DNA of 27,448 nt from a virus. Taxonomy: Duplodnaviria > Heunggongvirae > Uroviricota > Caudoviricetes. This document shows, in pieces, positions 17,829-27,448 of this stretch. Position 1 is the first letter of the stretch. Each line of letters opens with the position of its first letter. The notes under the pieces are model-generated. The model searched no databases, was not told the origin of the DNA, and saw nothing but the letters and a program-made list of their open reading frames with translations. The stretch lies in IMG/VR virus record IMGVR_UViG_2558860288_000005, one strand, 5' to 3'. Both the position numbers and the translations under genes were made by a program.

Positions 17829-18062
17829 TCAATCTGGTCTGACCTGTTTTCTGAGCAATTCAGTAATGTCACTCTTTTCTTTGTTTGCTTCAGAAGAAAC
17901 TCTTTTTTCTGAGCACAGTCTCCGGCGGCAGGCTTCAATGACCCAGGCTGAGAAATTCCCGGACCCTTTTTGCTCAAGAGCGATGTTAATTTGTTCAATC
18001 ATTTGGTTAGGAAAGCGGATGTTGCGGGTTGTTGTTCTGCGGGTTCTGTTCTTCGTTGACAT
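17829..18062 (-). CDS. Small ribbon-helix-helix-like DNA-binding protein (YlcI/DUF3950-like) upstream of ydfO
   Basis: 77-aa ORF; basic N-terminus (MSTKNRTRRTTTRNIRFP) then an RHH-like segment NQMIEQINIALEQKGSGNFSAWVIEACRRRL; co-oriented with ydfO, 57 bp upstream of it. Confidence 0.5.
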   Translation of the reverse strand: MSTKNRTRRTTTRNIRFPNQMIEQINIALEQKGSGNFSAWVIEACRRRLCSEKRVSSEANKEKSDITELLRKQVRPD

Positions 18063-18229
18063 GAGGTTGCCCCGTATTCAGTGTCGCTGATTTGTATTGT
18101 CTGAAGTTGTTTTTACGTTAAGTTGATGCAGATCAATTAATATGATACCTGCGTCATAATTGATTATTTGACGTGGTTTGATGGCGTAGATGCACGTTGT
18201 GACATGCAGATGATAATTATTATCATTTT

Positions 18230-18440
18230 GCGGGTCCTTTCCGGCGATCCGACAGGTTACGGGGCGGCGACCTCGCGGGTTTTCGCTATTTATGAAAATT
18301 TTCCGGTTTAAGGCATTTCCGTTCTTCTTCGTCGTAACTTAATGTTTTTATTTAAAATACCCCCTGAAAAGAAAGGAAACGACAGGTGCTGAAAACGAGC
18401 TTTTGGGCCTCTGTCGTTTCCTTTCTCTGTTTTTGGCCGT
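18230..18440 (+). other. Lambda-type cos region: cosN 12-nt cohesive-end sequence GGGCGGCGACCT at 18262-18273, with cosQ/cosB flanks
   Basis: ...CGACAGGTTACG|GGGCGGCGACCT|CGCGGGTTTTCGCTATTTATGAAAATTTTCCGG... matches the lambda right-end/left-end junction as I recall it, immediately upstream of the Nu1 gene. Confidence 0.8.
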
Positions 18441-18450
18441 GGAATGAACA

Positions 18451-18996
18451 ATGGAAGTCAACAAAAAGCAGCTGGCTGACATTTTCGGTGCGAGTATCCG
18501 TACCATTCAGAACTGGCAGGAACAGGGAATGCCCGTTCTGCGAGGCGGTGGCAAGGGTAATGAGGTGCTTTATGACTCTGCCGCCGTTATAAGATGGTAT
18601 GCCGAAAGGGATGCTGAAATTGAGAACGAAAAGCTGCGCCGGGAAGTTGAAGAACTGCGGCAGGCCAGCGAGACAGATCTCCAGCCAGGGACTATTGAGT
18701 ACGAACGCCATCGACTTACGCGTGCGCAGGCCGACGCACAGGAGCTGAAAAATGCCAGAGACTCCGCTGAAGTGGTGGAAACCGCATTCTGTACTTTCGT
18801 GCTGTCGCGGATCGCAGGTGAAATTGCCAGTATTCTCGACGGGATCCCCCTGTCGGTGCAGCGGCGTTTTCCGGAACTGGAAAACCGACATGTTGATTTC
18901 CTGAAACGGGATATCATCAAAGCCATGAACAAAGCAGCCGCGCTGGATGAACTGATACCGGGGTTGCTGAGTGAATATATCGAACAGTCAGGTTAA
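18451..18996 (+). CDS. nohA: Terminase small subunit (lambda Nu1-type), essentially lambda-identical
   Basis: 181-aa ORF MEVNKKQLADIFGASIRTIQNWQEQGMPVLRGGGKGNEVLYDSAAV... with winged-HTH N-terminus. Confidence 0.9.
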   Translation: MEVNKKQLADIFGASIRTIQNWQEQGMPVLRGGGKGNEVLYDSAAVIRWYAERDAEIENEKLRREVEELRQASETDLQPGTIEYERHRLTRAQADAQELKNARDSAEVVETAFCTFVLSRIAGEIASILDGIPLSVQRRFPELENRHVDFLKRDIIKAMNKAAALDELIPGLLSEYIEQSG

Positions 18997-20455
18997 CAGG
19001 CTGCGGCATTTTGTCCGCGCCGGGCTTCGCTCACTGTTCAGGCCGGAGCCACAGACCGCCGTTGAATGGGCGGATGCTAATTACTATCTCCCGAAAGAAT
19101 CCGCATACCAGGAAGGGCGCTGGGAAACACTGCCCTTTCAGCGGGCCATCATGAATGCGATGGGCAGCGACTACATCCGTGAGGTGAATGTGGTGAAGTC
19201 TGCCCGTGTCGGTTATTCCAAAATGCTGCTGGGTGTTTATGCCTACTTTATAGAGCATAAGCAGCGCAACACCCTTATCTGGTTGCCGACGGATGGTGAT
19301 GCCGAGAACTTTATGAAAACCCACGTTGAGCCGACCATCCGCGATATTCCGTCGCTGCTGGCGCTGGCTCCGTGGTATGGCAAAAAGCACCGGGATAACA
19401 CGCTCACTATGAAGCGTTTTTCCAATGGTCGTGGCTTCTGGTGCCTGGGCGGTAAAGCGGCAAAAAACTACCGTGAAAAGTCGGTGGATGTGGCGGGTTA
19501 TGATGAACTTGCTGCCTTTGATGAGGATATTGAACAGGAAGGCTCTCCGACGTTCCTTGGCGACAAACGTATTGAAGGCTCGGTCTGGCCAAAGTCCATC
19601 CGTGGCTCCACGCCCAAAGTGAGAGGCACCTGCCAGATTGAGCGTGCAGCCAGTGAATCCCTGCATTTTATGCGTTTTCATGTTGCCTGCCCGCACTGCG
19701 GGGAGGAGCAGTATCTTAAATTTGGCGACAAAGAGACGCCGTTTGGCCTCAAATGGACGCCGGATGACCCCTCCAGCGTGTTTTATCTCTGCGAGCATAA
19801 TGCCTGCGTCATCCGCCAGCAGGAGCTGGACTTTACTGATGCCCGTTATATCTGCGAAAAGACCGGGATCTGGACCCGTGATGGCATTCTCTGGTTTTCG
19901 TCATCCGGTGAAGAGATTGAGCCGCCGGACAGTGTGACCTTTCACATCTGGACGGCGTACAGCCCGTTCACCACCTGGGTGCAGATTGTCAAAGACTGGA
20001 TGAAGACGAAAGGGGATACGGGAAAACGTAAAACCTTCGTGAACACCACGCTCGGTGAGACATGGGAAGCGAAAATCGGCGAACGTCCGGATGCTGAGGT
20101 GATGGCGGAGCGGAAAGAGCATTATTCAGCGCCCGTTCCTGACCGTGTGGCTTACCTGACCGCCGGTATCGACTCCCAGCTGGACCGCTACGAAATGCGC
20201 GTATGGGGATGGGGGCCGGGTGAGGAAAGCTGGCTGATTGACCGGCAGATTATTATGGGTCGCCACGACGATGAACAGACGCTGCTGCGTGTGGATGAGG
20301 CCATCAATAAAACCTATACCCGCCGGAATGGTGCAGAAATGTCGGTATCCCGTATCTGCTGGGATACTGGCGGGATTGACCCGACCATTGTGTATGAACG
20401 CTCGAAAAAACATGGGCTGTTCCGGGTGATCCCCATTAAAGGGGCATCCGTCTAA
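18971..20455 (+). pseudogene. A: Terminase large subunit (lambda gpA), 5' portion only (494 codons); ends ...RVIPIKGASV then a stop created at an inversion junction
   Basis: N-terminal sequence MNISNSQVNRLRHFVRAGLRSLFRPEPQTAVEWADANYYLPK... recognised as lambda A; the missing C-terminus lies inverted at 22565-23008. Confidence 0.85.
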
Positions 20456-20763
20456 TGCCGTTGTAACCGGTCATCCCCGAGTACGGCTGCAGCGCCCGCG
20501 TCCGGCTGACCAGCGTGCCGGACACCGGCAGCACGGCGATGCCGTTCATGACCTGATAACTGCGGGCCTGTCGTGGTCCGTCATCATCACCGGATAATGC
20601 CAGCGTCGCGAGTGCCTCCTGGGCAGTCAGGCTGTCGCCGGACACCGCATCCGTCAGGCGGCTGATCCCAAGCTGGCCTGCAAGCGCACAAAAGAAAACC
20701 CGCGCATAGGCGGGTTCAAGCATCAGCGGCTCATTAAAAGCCATGCTGGCAATATGCGGGAGA

Positions 20764-20783
<20 letters not shown>
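20454..20783 (-). pseudogene. C: Head protease/scaffold gpC, 5' fragment (about 110 codons), inverted and truncated
   Basis: Minus-strand ...VTAELRNLPHIASMAFNEPLMLEPAYARVFFCALAGQLGIS...GMTGYNGI matches the lambda C N-terminus; start overlaps the B stop by about 20 nt as in lambda; similarity ends at the junction near 20454. Confidence 0.8.
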
Positions 20784-23008
<2,225 letters not shown>

Positions 23009-23009
23009 T

Positions 23010-23565
23010 GCGTGGCTGGACGATTAAGGGCAAGCCCGCCAGTGGTCGGGCCGTATTATCTCAGGAACAGGACGGCATTAAATCGCACACCCACAGCGCC
23101 AGCGCATCCAGTACGGATTTGGGGACGAAAACCACATCGTCGTTTGATTACGGAACCAAATCCACGAATAACACCGGGGCGCATACCCATAGTATTAGCG
23201 GGACCGCAAATAGTGCCGGTGCGCACCAACACAAGAGTTCCGGTGCATTTGGTGGCACGAACACGAGCATTTTCCCTAATGGTTATACCGCGATTTCAAA
23301 TCTAAGCGCGGGGATTATGAGCACAACAAGCGGTAGTGGCCAGACTCGTAATGCAGGGAAGACATCATCAGATGGTGCTCATACCCACTCGCTGTCCGGC
23401 ACTGCTGCAAGCGCAGGCGCACATGCACATACTGTCGGTATTGGTGCTCATACGCACTCCGTTGCGATTGGTTCACATGGACACACCATCACCGTTAACG
23501 CTGCTGGTAACGCGGAAAACACCGTCAAAAACATCGCATTTAACTATATTGTGAGGCTTGCATAA
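23010..23565 (+). pseudogene. stfQ: Side tail fibre gene, 3' fragment only (His-rich HxH repeat tip domain)
   Basis: The 22981..23565 ORF is tail-fibre-like from about 23010 ([30 protein letters not shown]...GAHTHSISG...[28 protein letters not shown]...[11 protein letters not shown]); upstream part is antisense of the A fragment. Confidence 0.7.
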
Positions 23566-24140
23566 TGGCATTCAGAATGAGTGAACAACCACGGACCATA
23601 AAAATTTATAATCTGCTGGCCGGAACTAATGAATTTATTGGTGAAGGTGATGCATATATTCCGCCTCATACAGGTCTGCCAGCAAACAGTACCGATATTG
23701 CACCGCCAGATATTCCGGCTGGCTTCGTGGCTGTTTTCAACAGTGATGAGTCATCGTGGCATCTCGTTGAAGATCATCGGGGTAAAACGGTTTATGACGT
23801 GGCTTCCGGCGACGCGTTATTTATTTCTGAACTCGGTCTGTTACCGGAAAATGTTACCTGGTTATCGCCGGAAGGGGAGTTTCAGAAGTGGAACGGCACA
23901 GCCTGGGTGAAGGATACGGAAGCAGAAAAACTGTTCCGGATCCGGGAGGCGGAAGAAACAAAAAACAACCTGATGCAGGTAGCCAGTGAGCATATTGCGC
24001 CGCTTCAGGATGCTGCAGATCTGGAAATTGCAACGGAGGAAGAAATCTCGTTGCTGGAAGCATGGAAAAAGTATCGGGTATTGCTGAACCGTGTTGATAC
24101 GTCAACTGCACAGGATATTGAATGGCCAGCACTGCCGTAG
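23565..24140 (+). CDS. tfaQ: Tail fibre assembly protein (Tfa)
   Basis: 191-aa [61 protein letters not shown]...; start overlaps the tail-fibre stop. Confidence 0.85.
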   Translation: MAFRMSEQPRTIKIYNLLAGTNEFIGEGDAYIPPHTGLPANSTDIAPPDIPAGFVAVFNSDESSWHLVEDHRGKTVYDVASGDALFISELGLLPENVTWLSPEGEFQKWNGTAWVKDTEAEKLFRIREAEETKNNLMQVASEHIAPLQDAADLEIATEEEISLLEAWKKYRVLLNRVDTSTAQDIEWPALP

Positions 24141-24237
24141 GGTAAAACATATAAATTCTATAATTAGATGTATCTTTCCATTTACGGCAAGGAAGGGGGC
24201 TTGGAAGACGTAAAGCATCTCACACCGAGATTATTTT

Positions 24238-24828
24238 TTATATGTCAGGTGTCTGAAGTTTTGCTTTGGCTCTTAAAATGGTTTGCCGCGAGGTTTTGAA
24301 TTCCCGGGCAATGGCACTTATACTTACACCTGACTTAATTCGTTCGAATACCGCCTGTTTCTGTTCTTCATTTAACACAGGTGGTCGACCAAAACGTTTC
24401 CCTGCGCCGCGGGCTCTTACTATCCCGGAATGAGTGCGTTCAAGTAAAAGGTCTCGTTCAAATTCAGCGACTGCTGAAATTACTTGCATCATCATTTTTC
24501 CTGTTGGACTGGTCAGGTCAATGCCCCCCAATGCTAAGCAATGCACTCTGATACCTGTTTCGGTCAGTTGTTCCACTGTTTTCCTGATATCCATTGCATT
24601 ACAACCAAGGCGATCCAGTTTTGTCACAATCAATTGATCACCACATTTCAGGCGAGCAAGCAACCGGTTAAAACCAGGACGCTCACTGGTTGCTGCTGAG
24701 CCGCTAATGTGTTCTTCGATTATTTGCTGAGGTTTGATTTTAAAACCTGCACTTTCGATTTCCCGGCGTTGATTTTCGGTGGTCTGATCCAGCGTTGATA
24801 TCCGACAGTAAGCAAAAATTTGAGACAT
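24238..24828 (-). CDS. pinQ: Serine DNA invertase (Hin/Gin/Pin family)
   Basis: 196-aa ORF; N-terminal resolvase catalytic domain (YCRISTLDQ with the active-site Ser) and C-terminal HTH ([20 protein letters not shown]). Confidence 0.9.
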   Translation of the reverse strand: MSQIFAYCRISTLDQTTENQRREIESAGFKIKPQQIIEEHISGSAATSERPGFNRLLARLKCGDQLIVTKLDRLGCNAMDIRKTVEQLTETGIRVHCLALGGIDLTSPTGKMMMQVISAVAEFERDLLLERTHSGIVRARGAGKRFGRPPVLNEEQKQAVFERIKSGVSISAIAREFKTSRQTILRAKAKLQTPDI

Positions 24829-25144
24829 AGTGAGACTCTATACGAAATTGGTGTTCATATCATAATGCATCTCAGAAAATAATTATGATTATTTTTGTGC
24901 ATATTTGTATGTACACGTTCGAAAATAAACGAATGCGTATGCAACCCCGTAATTTTGGTGAGACCCAAAATCGATTTTGTGAAAAATGGCTTTAACTCGG
25001 TTTGTTTTTCGAGTTCCGGGCGGACTCAAGGAAGAAGAATAGTGTTGCGTGTTATTTTAACCAGATTTCAAGTTGTTTGGTCGTGGAAAAGTGGAGCAAA
25101 ATGTTGTTAAAGTGGAAAAATGATAAAAAAGTAAGTTTATTATA

Positions 25145-25378
25145 TTACATTTTACCATTTAAATTTTGGTTGTCTTTAAGAACTGATATCGCTGTTTGTA
25201 ATAATTCTTTGTTATCCAGCCATGATTTTTTCTTTATGTTTCCTTCAATGTAATCAAGCAATGTTCTGGTATTGATAGGTCTTCCCTGTTTTGCTACTTC
25301 CACTACAGCATCCCCTAGGATAATTCTTACTTCAGGAAGCTGCGCAGGGAACCACTTTAGGGTGTCTTTTGATTTCAT
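25145..25378 (-). CDS. ydfK: YdfK/YnaE-family small protein (77 aa)
   Basis: Internal start MKSKDTLKWFPAQLPEVRIILGDAVVEVAKQGRPINTRTLLDYIEGNIKK... preceded by AAGGAA; track ORF is 11 codons longer. Confidence 0.8.
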   Translation of the reverse strand: MKSKDTLKWFPAQLPEVRIILGDAVVEVAKQGRPINTRTLLDYIEGNIKKKSWLDNKELLQTAISVLKDNQNLNGKM

Positions 25379-26159
25379 GAAGATATTCCTTAAAATATTA
25401 TTGATTTTCATTGCGATATTGTATGTCTGATTCAGGATATGTTGACTTATACATCGGTTTTGTCTGGGTTATTGGATATGCCAATCCCTAATTTTATTAG
25501 GGCATGACTAAAAATGCTGAATATGATAAGGAGAGATGTGATTATCAGTATGCTGTTCATATAGCCTCGAATTAGTAATGTGTTATATATGATATAGTTG
25601 ACAATTTTTATCTTGGGTGTTCTTAAAGTTCGTAGATAAACATTGTCGTTTCAGGTATACAGGAATGCTAACAGGTGGCAGCAAAAATCAGGCGGTTTAT
25701 GGCGCAAGCTGAAGCGGCAACTGCAAACTATCTTATGCAGAGACTCTACACGGATTGGGTTTAAAAGTATACATAGATAACAGTTTTTATCTGAAAAAGA
25801 AAAATATCAAGGTGATATAGCCTATATGCCTTTGATGCGGAGGAATGAATGTGATGGGAGTGATGTATCTGAATAGTTGAAAAACCGCAGACACGCCTTA
25901 TGCAAGAACGTGCTGCGATTGGCTGGTAAATTTTTCGATAGTGTGAGTATTGAATGATTTCCAGCCGTTCTTGATTTTACGCATAAATCCATGAAAAAAC
26001 TACTTATCTGTTGGGGAGTTTTTTTGGGGCATATATGGGACAGAAATAGGCCCCAGATAGACACTGAGATCGAACTTAGGATGCTTTTTAAAAAAATGCA
26101 ACTATCTGAAAAAACCTAGAAAACGCCAAGGAAACCACAGGATGGGAAAAAACACCTGT

Positions 26160-26173
26160 GAATTATGGATTTC
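26160..26173. other. attR core (prophage right junction) GAATTATGGATTTC
   Basis: Duplicate of the 1599-1613 sequence; marks the resumption of the ydfJ coding sequence. Confidence 0.55.
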
Positions 26174-27448
26174 CAGTTATATTCGCTCGGCGCAGCGTTA
26201 GTGTTTCATGAAATATTTTTTCCTGAATCATCAACGGCAATGGCGTTAATTCTGGCAATGGGAACCTACGGTGCAGGTTATGTGGCGCGTATTGTCGGAG
26301 CATTTATTTTCGGCAAAATGGGCGACAGAATAGGGCGTAAAAAAGTGCTCTTTATTACCATCACCATGATGGGGATCTGTACCACCTTAATTGGTGTGTT
26401 ACCGACCTATGCACAGATTGGTGTTTTTGCACCCATCTTGCTGGTGACGTTGCGTATTATTCAGGGGTTGGGTGCAGGTGCGGAAATTTCCGGTGCCGGT
26501 ACGATGCTGGCGGAATATGCGCCAAAAGGTAAGCGCGGAATTATCTCCTCATTTGTGGCTATGGGAACTAACTGCGGAACCTTGAGCGCAACGGCAATCT
26601 GGGCCTTTATGTTCTTCATTCTCAGTAAAGAGGAACTGCTGGCGTGGGGATGGCGTATACCGTTCCTGGCGAGTGTTGTCGTGATGGTCTTTGCTATCTG
26701 GTTGCGTATGAATCTGAAAGAAAGCCCGGTCTTTGAGAAGGTTAACGACAGTAACCAACCGACAGCAAAACCTGCACCTGCTGGTAGCATGTTCCAGAGC
26801 AAATCCTTCTGGCTGGCAACAGGGCTGCGTTTTGGTCAGGCGGGTAACTCCGGGTTAATTCAGACTTTCCTTGCAGGCTATTTAGTGCAGACGTTATTGT
26901 TTAACAAAGCAATTCCAACAGATGCATTGATGATCAGTTCGATTCTCGGCTTTATGACCATTCCGTTCCTTGGTTGGTTATCCGATAAAATTGGTCGCCG
27001 GATCCCGTATATTATTATGAATACCTCCGCGATTGTGCTGGCATGGCCAATGCTTTCTATCATTGTAGATAAAAGCTATGCCCCGAGCACCATTATGGTT
27101 GCACTGATTGTGATTCATAACTGTGCGGTGCTGGGATTATTTGCTCTGGAAAACATTACCATGGCAGAAATGTTCGGCTGTAAAAACCGCTTTACCCGGA
27201 TGGCTATTTCTAAAGAAATTGGTGGTCTTATCGCTTCCGGTTTTGGTCCTATCCTGGCGGGTATTTTCTGCACCATGACGGAATCCTGGTATCCGATCGC
27301 CATTATGATCATGGCATATTCAGTGATTGGTTTAATCTCTGCGCTGAAAATGCCAGAGGTGAAAGACCGTGATTTAAGTGCGCTGGAAGACGCTGCGGAA
27401 GATCAACCGCGTGTTGTAAGAGCTGCGCAACCTTCCAGAAGTCTGTAA
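26165..27448 (+). CDS. ydfJ: MFS transporter YdfJ (metabolite:H+ symporter family), 3' majority of the gene; 5' end displaced to 1521-1613
   Basis: 427-codon ORF with MFS signature GDRIGRKK and multiple transmembrane segments; begins inside the att core, so the native N-terminus is missing. Confidence 0.8.
   Translation: MDFQLYSLGAALVFHEIFFPESSTAMALILAMGTYGAGYVARIVGAFIFGKMGDRIGRKKVLFITITMMGICTTLIGVLPTYAQIGVFAPILLVTLRIIQGLGAGAEISGAGTMLAEYAPKGKRGIISSFVAMGTNCGTLSATAIWAFMFFILSKEELLAWGWRIPFLASVVVMVFAIWLRMNLKESPVFEKVNDSNQPTAKPAPAGSMFQSKSFWLATGLRFGQAGNSGLIQTFLAGYLVQTLLFNKAIPTDALMISSILGFMTIPFLGWLSDKIGRRIPYIIMNTSAIVLAWPMLSIIVDKSYAPSTIMVALIVIHNCAVLGLFALENITMAEMFGCKNRFTRMAISKEIGGLIASGFGPILAGIFCTMTESWYPIAIMIMAYSVIGLISALKMPEVKDRDLSALEDAAEDQPRVVRAAQPSRSL

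Noticed and set aside
18352-19798. Minus-strand ORFs of 179 and 255 aa
   Set aside because: Antisense to the lambda-identical Nu1 and A coding sequences.
23040-23520. Periodic DNA repeats that might look like a CRISPR or tandem array
   Set aside because: They reflect the repeated GAHTHS/HxH protein motif of the tail-fibre tip and are in-frame coding, with no spacer-repeat architecture.
25822-26064. 80-aa minus-strand ORF between ydfK and attR
   Set aside because: AT-rich putative att arm, no Shine-Dalgarno, no recognisable protein features.

Overview
This window is an Escherichia coli chromosomal segment carrying a Qin-like cryptic lambdoid prophage (about 1.6-26.2 kb) inserted in the 5' end of the MFS transporter gene ydfJ, flanked on the left by rspA-rspB. 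All calls rest on reading the supplied ORF translations and the raw sequence, and on recall of protein families and K-12/lambda gene products; no database search or computation was run, so gene symbols are recognition-based. Left to right the prophage carries: a tyrosine integrase and excisionase; a large exonuclease; the DicA-repressed dicB operon (ydfA-ydfB-ydfC-dicF sRNA-dicB-ydfD); dicA and a dicC that runs into a start-less IS481-like transposase gene; flxA with a sigma-28 promoter; relBE and hokD toxin modules; antiterminator Q; three cold-shock paralogs (cspF, cspB, cspI) with small zinc-ribbon ORFs; a phage-21-type pinholin/SAR-endolysin/spanin lysis cassette; gnsB, ydfO and an RHH gene; a lambda-type cos site with Nu1; then a rearranged head module, a tail-fibre remnant, tfa, the pin invertase and ydfK. 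The most striking observation is that the lambda-like terminase A gene is split, with its 3' end, W, portal B and a 5' fragment of C lying inverted as one block whose two junctions share a TA dinucleotide, joined directly to a tail-fibre 3' remnant. I found no CRISPR array, tRNA or rRNA. I did not find a clearly novel system; the best candidates for uncharacterised function are the RHH-DUF1398 gene pair near cos and the small zinc-ribbon ORFs beside the cold-shock genes.
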